Shown here one piece after another: positions 1 through 10,229 of a DNA stretch of 64,000 nt (its first letter is position 1; every line of letters starts with the position of its first letter). Under the pieces are notes generated by a model, which did not search any database, was not told the DNA's origin, and saw nothing but the letters and a program-made list of their open reading frames with translations. Both the position numbers and the translations under genes were made by a program. Source of the DNA: Candidatus Poribacteria bacterium (lineage in GTDB: Bacteria > Poribacteria > WGA-4E > WGA-3G); assembly GCA_965214095.1 (NCBI GenBank), contig OZ243938.1, positions 1,888,001-1,952,000 of the forward strand, given 5' to 3'.

Positions 1-1849
1 CTTCCCATATACTTTCATGTTCTTCCAATAGCAGTGATAGACCGAGCGTATGCTTTAACGATGCATGCTGCCATTGCAATCCCATCACGCCACCTTTTCT
101 TGTATAATAGTCTTGAAAATCAGCATCAAAGAACGCTCTCAAAAACTGTTCGCTACCAGCCAACAAGAGATCTCTGTCTCTGGCAGATGTTAATCTATGA
201 ATTTGGAAACTATAAGTAAGACTTGACTCCTTACCGAATTTAATGCCACCACCAAGGCGGTAATTGGGGGTTTCTGTCCGAAGTGCATAACTCATTGTGC
301 CATATACGAAGGGTTGTGGTGATAATCCAGTGCCTATACCGATTGGTGTATTACTTGCTTCTATATTTCGGTGGATTGTTTCACCGGACCTATCAAAAAA
401 GTATGGATCAGAATTCCACCGTGTTCCGAGTTCAAATCCACCACCGAGCCTCAGACCATCAATAGGATTTAACCCACTGGAATTCGTAATACGAAAGAAA
501 TCCCTGTTTGTAGGAGAACCGTCTTTACCACGAGTGAAAACGCCTGATGCATTGTATTTACCTTTCTCAATTACCTCTAACATTCCCTGCAAGCGGGAAG
601 CCTTTTGAGGTGGTATAACCCGAATCCAATTACCATCGTTTTTGTATTGTTTTTCAACACCTATATTTGACCACCAAGAATTTTCACCTGTCCGCTGCTG
701 TCTCCTGTTGAAGTTAATCCCCATTTGAATCGGTTCGGAAGTAACTGGATAGTCTAACACCTTCCAAGGAATTTCCATCTCTACGACCCATCCATCATCA
801 ACGGTATTCGCAGCGACATTTAATTGGTCTGCCTTCATCTGGTTTACCACTAGAGATCTCTTTGGATCTGATGCAAATTGCACATATTTCTTCCCCAGCG
901 GATTTACCATAAACAGAGTCCTGTGTGTTGGTTTATGGGTTTGAAATGGGTCAATGCTGAAGCAGACCATGTCCTCGTTCACAAATTGTAAATGATCTTT
1001 AGTCCGGTGTCTTTTGATTCTTTCTGGATCAGAATCGAGCATTTTCCAAGCAACAAAGATCGATTTGTCTGTGTAGACAATTTTAACTGTCGTCTGGTCT
1101 TTGACCGGTTTCTCAGTGCCTTCGTGCGTGAACCTATCGGCTTGCGGTGCGGTTTTCCAGCATTCATCATCAAATTTGCCATCAATCTTTGGTGGTTTAC
1201 CGGTTTTGACAGCGAGAATCTCTTTTTGAACGGTATCTCTTTTTGCCTTTGGTTCAACACCTGACTTCAGAGTGTCTTCAAGATCAATGTCTGTCATACC
1301 GAACTTGCTTAAGTTGCCAAGCAATTCAGTAATCTTATCTGGAGCGATTTCACCGACAATGTTTATAAGGGTTACTTCATCAGGATCATGAGATGCGATA
1401 ATTACAAAGATCCCGTAAGCCACATCTTCATCAAACAACAATCTGATTTCAACCATACCATCTTTGTCTTTGGTTTTGTGCTCTTCCTTGACTCTTACGA
1501 GGACTTCCCACTTATCTTCCTTCAGTATATTCTGGTAATACTTAATCATTCCTAATTCGGATTCACCATATTCATTATAGGTGCGAAGATAGATGCCGTC
1601 AATCATCCCAATTAGTCCTGCTACCTCTGGCTTGGTACTGACGGATTTAGTCACCAAATTAATAAGTCTGTCCGTTAGATTAACTTCAACATGTGCTTCC
1701 ATTTCATCCAGATAGTCAAACGGGATGAGTCCTTTTTTCGTCTGTTGTTTTGGCTGTTTTTCTTGTGCTAATACTTGATGGATTGGCACAATCCATAATG
1801 CTAAACAGAATACCGCAAACAACAGTGTTAGGGTTCTTTTGAGTTCCAT
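1..1849 (-). CDS. Secreted fusion protein: N-terminal DUF4252-like domain + CBM9/DOMON-like sugar-binding domain + probable outer-membrane beta-barrel region (partial, runs off left edge)
   Basis: Missing from the ORF track, presumably because it is open at the window edge. Hand translation from ATG 1849 (AGGAG RBS upstream) gives signal peptide MELKRTLTLLFAVFCLALWIVPIHQVLA and then VEVNLTDRLINL...MIDGIYLRTY, paralogous to 1916..2458. The same frame later reads EDMVCFSIDPF...VNPLG...GWVVEMEIPW...MGINFNR (CBM9-like), followed by aromatic/Gly-rich beta strands. Confidence 0.75.
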   Translation of the reverse strand, partial: MELKRTLTLLFAVFCLALWIVPIHQVLAQEKQPKQQTKKGLIPFDYLDEMEAHVEVNLTDRLINLVTKSVSTKPEVAGLIGMIDGIYLRTYNEYGESELGMIKYYQNILKEDKWEVLVRVKEEHKTKDKDGMVEIRLLFDEDVAYGIFVIIASHDPDEVTLINIVGEIAPDKITELLGNLSKFGMTDIDLEDTLKSGVEPKAKRDTVQKEILAVKTGKPPKIDGKFDDECWKTAPQADRFTHEGTEKPVKDQTTVKIVYTDKSIFVAWKMLDSDPERIKRHRTKDHLQFVNEDMVCFSIDPFQTHKPTHRTLFMVNPLGKKYVQFASDPKRSLVVNQMKADQLNVAANTVDDGWVVEMEIPWKVLDYPVTSEPIQMGINFNRRQQRTGENSWWSNIGVEKQYKNDGNWIRVIPPQKASRLQGMLEVIEKGKYNASGVFTRGKDGSPTNRDFFRITNSSGLNPIDGLRLGGGFELGTRWNSDPYFFDRSGETIHRNIEASNTPIGIGTGLSPQPFVYGTMSYALRTETPNYRLGGGIKFGKESSLTYSFQIHRLTSARDRDLLLAGSEQFLRAFFDADFQDYYTRKGGVMGLQWQHASLKHTLGLSLLLEEHESIWE

Positions 1850-1915
1850 GGTGTAATTCTCCTTTTATAATACCTCATTGGACAAGAGTATTTATGTGTG
1901 TGGAATGCCTCTTGT

Positions 1916-2458
1916 TCACTTTTTAATTCCAAACTTTCCATCAATCTTGATGTCCTTTAAGAACTCAGGATTGGATTCCAAAATTTTTCCAAACAGTATG
2001 CCAAGTTTTTGAAAATCAATCTCACCCCATACGTTCACAAAAGTAGTATTCTGTTTATCCGTAAAGGATACGAAAATGCCGTTGACAACACCTGGTGTCT
2101 CAGCGTAAAGTAGGCAGACGCGGAGTTCGTCCTTGACCTTAACAATGTGCTCCCAGTCCTCTGTTTTGAGAATTTCTTGGTAACGACTTTTCATTTTAGT
2201 TAAGTCACTGGACTCATTATCATAACTGCGAATGAAAACACCTTCTATCATCTCCGCATACTCTGACAAAACTGGTTCGTTTACTGTGAATTTGATAAAG
2301 AGATTGAAAAAGGATTGGTCTAAGTTAACTTCAATCGTTGGGGTTGCGTCATCAGGCATGTACATATCTATTTTGCCACGAATTGCCTCGGTTTCTGCTA
2401 TACCGTTGCCAAGAAAGCATAAAGCGACTAATAGGACAGCAAGGGTAAATCGTTTCAT
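1916..2458 (-). CDS. DUF4252-family secreted protein
   Basis: Signal peptide; IEVNL, W..IVKVK and FVNVWGEID motifs typical of DUF4252; lies downstream of an ECF sigma/anti-sigma pair. Confidence 0.75.
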   Translation of the reverse strand: MKRFTLAVLLVALCFLGNGIAETEAIRGKIDMYMPDDATPTIEVNLDQSFFNLFIKFTVNEPVLSEYAEMIEGVFIRSYDNESSDLTKMKSRYQEILKTEDWEHIVKVKDELRVCLLYAETPGVVNGIFVSFTDKQNTTFVNVWGEIDFQKLGILFGKILESNPEFLKDIKIDGKFGIKK

Positions 2459-3126
2459 TGTGTATTTCCTCCTAGAATTTGATTGTTCTGTTGTATAGGA
2501 TTATTTGACTTAATTGTATCTGACTCTTGGTAATTTTCTGAACCAGTTAAGATGTTGAGAACACCCAGACTCTGTTGAATTGCAGGTGAGATATCCTTTG
2601 TCGGTTTTAGTGCGCGACGTGGTGCATCGTCAACGTTGAGTGATGTAAAACTATCGTTTACTGCCAGACTTGTTTTACGAACAGCAGATTGCATCTTACT
2701 CATTGCATATTGAAAGTCACTTTTTGCTTGTTCTACTTCGACATACCTTTGATATTGGTGAACACCGAATAACATAAGGCAGATAAGAGCAACCATTGCA
2801 CTTACACGCAGCAATGGTGAACGTAAGTATTCCAAAACGGTAGAAAATTGAAAGAATCGATGTAACCAACCTTCGCTTTTAGGATTTGCGCGAACATAAG
2901 TTGTAACCTCTCTTAGAATTTCAGGAGGTGATGTAGGCTTTGGCAAGTCATCTAAAACCGTATCAATCGTTTGTGCTAAATGCAGTTCGTGTTGACATTT
3001 GTTACATGTGGTGAGATGCGATGTAATAGCAGATTCGGTTTGGTCATCCAATTCACCCATGATATATTCTTCCAATAGTGTTTGGAAGTCTTTACATGTT
3101 CTGCCGTGTGATGCTTTTTGTGTCAT
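2455..3126 (-). CDS. Zinc-binding (zf-HC2/ZAS) transmembrane anti-sigma factor
   Basis: C...EEYIMGEL...HLTTCNKC (HxxxCxxC) motif, one TM helix, adjacent to the ECF sigma gene. Confidence 0.85.
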   Translation of the reverse strand: MTQKASHGRTCKDFQTLLEEYIMGELDDQTESAITSHLTTCNKCQHELHLAQTIDTVLDDLPKPTSPPEILREVTTYVRANPKSEGWLHRFFQFSTVLEYLRSPLLRVSAMVALICLMLFGVHQYQRYVEVEQAKSDFQYAMSKMQSAVRKTSLAVNDSFTSLNVDDAPRRALKPTKDISPAIQQSLGVLNILTGSENYQESDTIKSNNPIQQNNQILGGNTQ

Positions 3127-3129
3127 CGG

Positions 3130-3663
3130 TTATGTCTCCATGAGGCCGCTCAATATCTCGCGTAATTTTTTACGAGCACGAAATACGGTTGATTTCACAC
3201 TATTTTCAGGTTGTTTTACTATCACTGCGATCTCCTTGTAACTCATCTCCTCTAATTCACGCATTATAACTATAGATCTCATAGAAGCCGGCAATTCTCC
3301 AATTGCGCGATGTACCAACTGCTTGGTTTCATGCATAATCGTAATCTCCTCCGGGGATGGACTTGACTTGTTTTCTTGTGTCTTTAGTAGCATGCCAAAC
3401 GTATCACCTTCATCATCTTCTTCTGATAAATGGACCTGAAACTTTCTGCGTTTTATTAGGTTAAAACAGAGATTTCGTGTGCATTTCAGCAACCATGCGT
3501 GAACAGTTTTTTGTCTTAATTTTTTCCGATGTTGCCATGCTTTGATAAAGGTCTCTTGTGTCATATCTTTTGCGTCTTCAGTGTTTTTGAGTAGATAGAG
3601 TGCATGCCGATAGATTCCATCTTGATGTTTGCGAACTAGTTCAAGGAATTCGTCTTCAGTCAT
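3130..3663 (-). CDS. ECF (sigma-24 family) RNA polymerase sigma factor
   Basis: Region 2 (DAKDMTQETFIKAW, AWL) and region 4 (MSYKEIA...VKSTVFRARKKL). Start set at ATG 3663, which has GGAGGT upstream. Confidence 0.92.
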   Translation of the reverse strand: MTEDEFLELVRKHQDGIYRHALYLLKNTEDAKDMTQETFIKAWQHRKKLRQKTVHAWLLKCTRNLCFNLIKRRKFQVHLSEEDDEGDTFGMLLKTQENKSSPSPEEITIMHETKQLVHRAIGELPASMRSIVIMRELEEMSYKEIAVIVKQPENSVKSTVFRARKKLREILSGLMET

Positions 3664-3832
3664 GTCATCACCTCCGCACTTGAGGTTAATGGTACTACAA
3701 TCAAGATGCAAATCGGTTGCACCTTTCTTGTCTTTTTTGGTAATAACCCAAAAAAGAAATACCTCAATACCGATTAATGGGATTATATCACATTAATCTG
3801 ATACTGAGGTCATTGCATAATATTACTACGAT

Positions 3833-5278
3833 TTACACGAGAGTGGGTAGAAGTGACGGCAGGATACCGATGAGGATAATCCCAACTGCAGCGAGTGTCA
3901 GTCCGATAACTAAGGTTGATGGGTATGGGTTGAATTCCAATTCTTCTTCCGGTTCACGCATATACATGGTTACGACAACTCGGAGATAATAGAACGCTGA
4001 AATCGCAGTGTTGAGAGCACCGACAATGACGAGTAAGTAGAGTTCTGCACTGATAGCAGATTTGAAGAGATACAATTTCCCGATAAATCCAGCAGTTGGT
4101 GGGAAACCAGCAAGTGATAAAAGCATAGTCGTCATGAATATAGCAAGTAGCGGTTTACGGAATCCGAGTCCTGCGTAATCAGAAATCATGAGGTTCTCAC
4201 CATCAGCAGTTCTTGCCAAGATAACAGCACCAAATGCACCGATATTCATTACACAGTAGACGAGGAGATAAAACATCGCGCCTGATTTACCATCAGCGTT
4301 TGCTGCTGCTAAACCTACCATCACATAACCTGCGTGTGCAATACTTGAATATGCAAGCATGCGTTTGATGTTCGTTTGTGCAATAGCAATTATGTTTCCA
4401 ACTGACATTGTTAGCATTGCTAAAAGCACGATAACACCCGTTGCTTGATCGGGTAGCTTTGGCAGTGCGTCAATGAAAATCGTGAGAAATGCAGCGAAGC
4501 CAGCTGCTTTTGGACCTGCAGAAATGAAGGCAGCAATTGTAGTGGGTGCTCCTTCATATACATCGGGTGCCCATTGATGGAAAGGAACAATCGCAACCTT
4601 AAATCCAAACCCAACGATAAGCAAGAACATTCCTGCTAATAACAGTGGTGAAGATGAAAGCGGAGTTGATTGATTGTCAGTGGAGAGTTTTGAAATGATT
4701 TCTGGTATATTCGTTGTCCCTGCAGCACCATATATCAAGGCAATTCCATATAGGAAGAATGCACTTGCGAACGCACCGAGTAGTAGATATTTCATGCCTG
4801 CTTCGCTTGATGCTGGACTGTCTCGGAAATATCCCGCTAACACATACAATGATAACGACATCAGTTCCAAACCGAGGAAAACAATAATCAGTTCATTCCC
4901 TGCAGCCATTAACATCATACCGAGTGTTGAAAGTAGAATTAGAAGGTAGTATGGTCCCTGTTTTTTGTCATCTTTTCCTAAATAACTAATTGAGATTAGA
5001 GCAACTAATATCGTTGAAACGAGGAATATGATATTAAAAAAGAGAGAATAACCATTTATCCTAAACATTTCGTTGAACTGGGTTTGCTCTGTTCCTGCTT
5101 GTAGCAAATTAATGGATGACCACAAGGCGATCCCCGACCCGACGATTGTCATCCATCCCAATGTCTTTTTTGAAATTGAATCAATCATGTCAAAGACAAG
5201 GACGATTAACAACGTTGCAACGATGATAAGTTGTGGCATTAAAAGAGACCAATTAATATCAGGTATCTCTACTGGCAT
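3833..5278 (-). CDS. nuoN: NADH-quinone oxidoreductase subunit N
   Basis: LELMSLSLYVL, EAGMKYLLLG, GFKVAIVPFHQWAPDVYEGAPT, KRMLAYSSIAHAGY. Confidence 0.97.
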   Translation of the reverse strand: MPVEIPDINWSLLMPQLIIVATLLIVLVFDMIDSISKKTLGWMTIVGSGIALWSSINLLQAGTEQTQFNEMFRINGYSLFFNIIFLVSTILVALISISYLGKDDKKQGPYYLLILLSTLGMMLMAAGNELIIVFLGLELMSLSLYVLAGYFRDSPASSEAGMKYLLLGAFASAFFLYGIALIYGAAGTTNIPEIISKLSTDNQSTPLSSSPLLLAGMFLLIVGFGFKVAIVPFHQWAPDVYEGAPTTIAAFISAGPKAAGFAAFLTIFIDALPKLPDQATGVIVLLAMLTMSVGNIIAIAQTNIKRMLAYSSIAHAGYVMVGLAAANADGKSGAMFYLLVYCVMNIGAFGAVILARTADGENLMISDYAGLGFRKPLLAIFMTTMLLSLAGFPPTAGFIGKLYLFKSAISAELYLLVIVGALNTAISAFYYLRVVVTMYMREPEEELEFNPYPSTLVIGLTLAAVGIILIGILPSLLPTLV

Positions 5279-5350
5279 TCAAAACCTCCGTTATAAAACT
5301 CCGAAATCTCAATAAATTTAGTGTAATTCATTAGACGTAGTTTATGTTTT

Positions 5351-6844
5351 CTATCGTAAGAACACAAATGTAACGACTACAAAAAGAGGGAACAAAATTG
5401 CGACAGACCAGATCATATATCCAAAGAAACTTGGCATGCGTATTCCGCTCTGTTCAGCGATTGATTTTACCATAAAATTCGGTGCGTTACCGATGTAGGT
5501 ATTCGCTCCCATGAACACCGCTCCAACAGAGATACCGGTTAGCAATCGGACGAACTCCAAGTGTTGCGGATCAGTCAATTGTCCTGAAAGGATTTGTGGT
5601 ACAACTGCTTCGGTAAGGTGTAATTTACCGAGTGCAGTATTGAAGAATGTCAAATAAGTTGGTGCGTTGTCTAAGAAACTGGACAAGATACCGGTAATCC
5701 AGAAATAGTGCGATGGTTCTTGTATTGCAGCGATCAATCCGCTGAGTGCTCCATTTTCTCCTGCCTTTAGTATAGCAAGCGCGGGAATAATTGTTATAAA
5801 TATCCCAGCGAAGACTTTTGCAACTTCTTCAATGGGTTCCCATGAAAACTCATTAGTTTGTCGTAATTCCCCTTTGAAGGGTGTAAATACGAGAGATAAC
5901 ACCCCCATTAAAACAATCAATAGTTCACGCGTGATATTTTGCCATTCCACATGCACACCGAGGATATTGACTTCACCCCATTTGACAGAGCCACTCATTA
6001 GGACAGCACCGACGATTCCAAGTAGGAAAACGAGGTTGAAAAGTCCATCTATACGAATCGGTTCATTTGTACCATCATCTGGAACAACGCCACCTTCCCG
6101 TTTAAACATAAACGTGTCAAATATAAAGAACAAAACGATCAATATCGCGCTAATAAATAGCATATGCGGCAACAGTGCTGTGGTAGTCCAGAAGAATGGC
6201 ACGCCGCGTAAAAATCCGAGGAATAACGGTGGGTCTCCCAATGGTGTTAACGAACCGCCAATGTTGCTGACAAGAAATATGAAAAAGACAATGAGATGTA
6301 CCTTATTCTTTCTATACGCATTTGCTTTGATTAATGGCCGGATAAGGAGCATTGACGCACCAGTTGTTCCGACCCACGATGCGATGACAGTACCGATGAG
6401 CAATAGAACAGTATTGACTAGCGGTGTGCCGCGTAACGTCCCGCGCACAAGGATTCCACCTGCGACTGTGAATAATCCCCATAACAGTATGATGAACGGG
6501 ATATAGTCTAACAAGTAAATGTGAAGAATATCATAGAAAGCCTGCCCTTTGAAAGCAATGAGATATGGAACTGAAAAGATTAATGCCCATGCTAACGACA
6601 TCTTCCCACCGTGATGCACGAGAAAATGGGAATCGAAAACAAGTGGTAAAATTGCGATTGATAGAAGGATGCCGACAAAAGGAATAATGCTCCAGAGAGG
6701 TAAATCTTTTCCATCCACGCCATGACCATGGTGTGCTGCTTCACCGTTATTTGTCTCATCAGCAGCGAAGATATCCATTGAAACGGATAATGTCAGTGCT
6801 AAAATTAAGCATAGAATTATCGTAAACGCGATTTTTGATTTCAC
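5351..6844 (-). CDS. Ion-transporter (IT) superfamily membrane protein, putative Na+/H+ antiporter
   Basis: GTTGASMLLIRP, SNIGGSLTPLGDPPLFLGFL, SSFLDNAPTY, GANTYIGNAPNFMVK motifs; many TM helices. GTG start overlaps the nuoM stop (TAGTG). Confidence 0.85.
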   Translation of the reverse strand: MKSKIAFTIILCLILALTLSVSMDIFAADETNNGEAAHHGHGVDGKDLPLWSIIPFVGILLSIAILPLVFDSHFLVHHGGKMSLAWALIFSVPYLIAFKGQAFYDILHIYLLDYIPFIILLWGLFTVAGGILVRGTLRGTPLVNTVLLLIGTVIASWVGTTGASMLLIRPLIKANAYRKNKVHLIVFFIFLVSNIGGSLTPLGDPPLFLGFLRGVPFFWTTTALLPHMLFISAILIVLFFIFDTFMFKREGGVVPDDGTNEPIRIDGLFNLVFLLGIVGAVLMSGSVKWGEVNILGVHVEWQNITRELLIVLMGVLSLVFTPFKGELRQTNEFSWEPIEEVAKVFAGIFITIIPALAILKAGENGALSGLIAAIQEPSHYFWITGILSSFLDNAPTYLTFFNTALGKLHLTEAVVPQILSGQLTDPQHLEFVRLLTGISVGAVFMGANTYIGNAPNFMVKSIAEQSGIRMPSFFGYMIWSVAILFPLFVVVTFVFLR

Positions 6845-8430
6845 TACTTTGTCAGTGCCTCCTCATCAATTTTCTCCAACTTTGCCGTTTCTATTTCCAA
6901 AACAACATTGTCTTGTGTTTCTTCGTGGTATTTGAGTTGTCCAACTTCAGGTGTATCATCCTTCACCTTGACTTTTGCGGTGACCGCGTCTACAGAAGGT
7001 TTCATCGGATCTAAGAACGTATTCGGATACACACCAATCCATACAATGAACAGCAGTATCGGTAGGAGTACAGCGAGTTCACGCGGATTTAGGTCAGACA
7101 AAGCGTCATTGGTACTATCCGGTGTGCCAAACATGACGCGTTGGTACATCCAAAGCATATAAACTGCTGCCAAAATCACACCCGATGTTGCGAAGACTAC
7201 ATACCATCTTGAAAAAGCATTTTCAACAAAACTACCGAGTAGAATCTTGAATTCTCCGACAAATCCATTAAGTCCGGGTAATCCGATGGATGAGAGTGTA
7301 ACAATCAGGAAGATGGTCGCAAAGATAGGCATTCTCTTTGCCAATCCTCCGAAATCAACAATCATACGGCTATGTCTGCGTTCATATATCATACCTACTA
7401 ATAGGAACAACGCTCCTGTACTTAACCCGTGATTTATCATTTGCAGAACACTTCCCTGGATGCCAGTACCACTCTGTGAAAAAAGACCTAATACAACAAA
7501 ACCGAGGTGACTCACACTTGAGTATGCGACAAGCTTTTTCAAGTCCGGTTGCACCATTGCGACTAATGCTCCATAGATTATACCAATAACGGCAAGCGGG
7601 ACTACCCACGATGTTGCATCTGCTGCTGCTTGTGGGAAAAGTGGAAGACAGAATCGTACTATTCCATACGTTCCCATTTTGAGCAAGACACCTGCCAGGA
7701 TGACACTTCCTACTGTGGGTGCTTCAACGTGTGCATCCGGTAGCCATGTATGGAATGGGAAGATAGGCACTTTAATTGCGAATGCGATGAAAAATGCAAG
7801 GAATAATAAATTTGCATGATCAAATGGTCCTTCCGCTGCTAAGAGTTGGACAAGATCAAAACTATTACCGTTTTGGAAGTAGAGTGCTAAAATGCCAACT
7901 AACATCAATGCACTGCCAGCCATAGTATACAGCACAAATTTTATCGTAGCATAAATCCGGCGTTCTCCACCCCATATACCGATGAGGAAATACATCGGGA
8001 TCAACATTGCCTCCCAGAACACGAAAAACAGGAGTAGGTCTAATGCACAAAAGACACCCAACATGCCTGTTTCCAGTGCAAGGAGCGACATCATGAATCC
8101 GCTCAAACCCTTTTCAACCGAATTCCATGCGGCGAGGATACATATTGGTGTGAGGAAAGTGGTAAGTATAACTAACCACAGGGAAATACCGTCAATGCCG
8201 ATGTGATAACTTGCCCCTATACCGGGTATCCAATCATAATTTTCATCTAGTTGGAATAGACCTTCCGTTGCTGTTGCATCATATCCAGTATAGAGTCCTA
8301 TTGAGATACCGAATGTTAGCAGACTTATGAGAAGTGCGATCCATTTAATAGTAGATGCACCTAATCCTCTTAGCAATGCTATCGCTATTACACCGAGCAG
8401 TGGTAAGAAAATAACTATTGAAAGTAGCAA
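6844..8430 (-). CDS. nuoM: NADH-quinone oxidoreductase subunit M
   Basis: FFVFWEAMLIPMYFLIG, PFHTWLPDAHVEAPT, LKKLVAYSSVSH. Confidence 0.97.
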   Translation of the reverse strand: MLLSIVIFLPLLGVIAIALLRGLGASTIKWIALLISLLTFGISIGLYTGYDATATEGLFQLDENYDWIPGIGASYHIGIDGISLWLVILTTFLTPICILAAWNSVEKGLSGFMMSLLALETGMLGVFCALDLLLFFVFWEAMLIPMYFLIGIWGGERRIYATIKFVLYTMAGSALMLVGILALYFQNGNSFDLVQLLAAEGPFDHANLLFLAFFIAFAIKVPIFPFHTWLPDAHVEAPTVGSVILAGVLLKMGTYGIVRFCLPLFPQAAADATSWVVPLAVIGIIYGALVAMVQPDLKKLVAYSSVSHLGFVVLGLFSQSGTGIQGSVLQMINHGLSTGALFLLVGMIYERRHSRMIVDFGGLAKRMPIFATIFLIVTLSSIGLPGLNGFVGEFKILLGSFVENAFSRWYVVFATSGVILAAVYMLWMYQRVMFGTPDSTNDALSDLNPRELAVLLPILLFIVWIGVYPNTFLDPMKPSVDAVTAKVKVKDDTPEVGQLKYHEETQDNVVLEIETAKLEKIDEEALTK

Positions 8431-8570
8431 AAATATCTCCTTTAAAAGAGTAACTATAAAATAATGAAATTTTGTCCTATTGTCTGCGCGAGATAAAAAC
8501 CCACCTATTTGTTAATTACCAAAATTGAATTATTGCCATTCATTTGTAAGTATCGCATACAAACCACATA

Positions 8571-8993
8571 TTATCTTCTTCTAAAGACTTTTGATGTGAA
8601 ACACCCTGAAAGCAATCCAAAATGGAAAAAATAGTTCTTTAATTCGCAGCGGCGTTTTGAAAACCCATTTTGAGGCATTTTGTGTTGCCACGAATATTTC
8701 AACTTACGATTGAACTTTGAGATTTCCTCAGATGATTTTTCATAGTTGTCTAAAATCCATGTCCCCAGTTTGACATCGTTGGTGAGTCTGACTGCTGCAT
8801 CTTGGAATACCTCTTCTGAGGTTCCGAGGAATGCTAAGATTTCTCTATCTTGTTCAGAATTTGCACCATATTTATAACTTCCGATTTCTCCAGAATGAGC
8901 AGCCCGGGCTTTATCCGTCAATCTTGCAACTCCACAGATACCTGCAACTTCTTTATTGATCATATCTCGCGGTTTAAAATGATTCTTCTTCAT
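8571..8993 (-). CDS. DUF5069-like hypothetical protein
   Basis: PR...G+..+AR+.DKARA...G.IG.Y.Y...D..+L.FLG pattern recalled from DUF5069; C-terminus looks divergent. Confidence 0.65.
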   Translation of the reverse strand: MKKNHFKPRDMINKEVAGICGVARLTDKARAAHSGEIGSYKYGANSEQDREILAFLGTSEEVFQDAAVRLTNDVKLGTWILDNYEKSSEEISKFNRKLKYSWQHKMPQNGFSKRRCELKNYFFHFGLLSGCFTSKVFRRR

Positions 8994-9035
8994 TTTTCTC
9001 CCGTTAGCAACTCTCTAAAAAAGAAGGATTTCGTA

Positions 9036-10187
9036 TCATTGGAATACTCTATTATATGTATGATGTTTTCCTAACAATAGTCTGAAATATGTGTCAAGTT
9101 CAGTATCTGTCTGTTCCTTCTCTATCGGTTCAATCTGAAAGTATTTTTCCAAATATGGATGATGTCTAATGGTATCACTGATGAAACACTGTTTATGCTG
9201 CTTAAAAAGTTCGTCATCAATTGGAACATCACAGTTCCCAAAATAAAATGGAAGTCTGTGAATGTTTCTTTTGAACACATCTACATAGGCGTAATAATCC
9301 AGTTTTGTTTTATCTATTACAATTGTGTTGCTGCTATGGTTTTGAATAAAAGTGCGATTCCTTTTTAATGCATTAATATCCCGCATCGTCCAGAAAAACA
9401 ACGACTCATCAGATATCGGTTTATGTTGCTTACTCGGATATTTTCTGATATAACTTGTAATATAATCAAAATCGTTCAGACAGAAACGCTTCTTTTCAAC
9501 TGTTCTAAATTGGAATGAACGGATATAATCGTAATCCATTCCTTCTGTATCCCGCTGATAAAAGGCAATGATAATCGGAAAAGGCGTGTGTTTAGCTGAT
9601 TCGGGGAATTCTCCGCTGCTAATCAGAATGCCATCTATCAGTTTATAATTTGTAGTAAACTCCTTTAAATGTCTGAAATTGGTCTGCTTAATCAAGTACG
9701 ACAGTGGATGCAACACATATATAAGTTCTGCTTCAAGTTTATTATAGGAACGGAGAAATGAAATTCCTAAGTCCCGACTTGCTATATCTTCATCTACTTC
9801 AAATTCAACCTGCTTTATCTTATGACGTATCAGTGATGTTCTATCGTTATAGGGTGGATTTCCTACGACAATCAATTTTGTGGACTGATGTGGAATCCCG
9901 AATTTCTCCCTTGAAACGTTGTGTAAGGCGTTTGTCCAAAAGAATTGGACTTTTTCTGTGTTCTTTTTTGCTACATCTATTGCGTCTTCGTCTATATCAC
10001 ATCCGATTGTCTTTAACTGTCCTCTATTTTTTAAAAAATCTCCGTACCCGCAAGCACTGTCAATTATGGTAGTCTGTGAATCTATGTGTGGTTCAATTAA
10101 CTCCCATGCCAGTTCCACAAATTTAGGAGGCGTGTAGTAACTTCCCAAGTTGACTCTATCTTCATACGCTAAATGTTCCTGACTCAT
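9036..10187 (-). CDS. N6-adenine DNA methyltransferase (gamma-class motif order), orphan
   Basis: GSYYTP (motif X), DSACGYGDF (motif I), GNPPY (motif IV). No endonuclease gene adjacent. Confidence 0.85.
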   Translation of the reverse strand: MSQEHLAYEDRVNLGSYYTPPKFVELAWELIEPHIDSQTTIIDSACGYGDFLKNRGQLKTIGCDIDEDAIDVAKKNTEKVQFFWTNALHNVSREKFGIPHQSTKLIVVGNPPYNDRTSLIRHKIKQVEFEVDEDIASRDLGISFLRSYNKLEAELIYVLHPLSYLIKQTNFRHLKEFTTNYKLIDGILISSGEFPESAKHTPFPIIIAFYQRDTEGMDYDYIRSFQFRTVEKKRFCLNDFDYITSYIRKYPSKQHKPISDESLFFWTMRDINALKRNRTFIQNHSSNTIVIDKTKLDYYAYVDVFKRNIHRLPFYFGNCDVPIDDELFKQHKQCFISDTIRHHPYLEKYFQIEPIEKEQTDTELDTYFRLLLGKHHTYNRVFQ

Positions 10188-10229
10188 TTTTTGCCAATTG
10201 AATCCTTTTGAATTACTCCTAAGATTACA

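Noticed and set aside
979-1260. 93-aa minus-strand ORF and neighbouring small plus-strand ORFs
   Set aside because: They lie inside the long edge-truncated gene 1..1849 in other frames.
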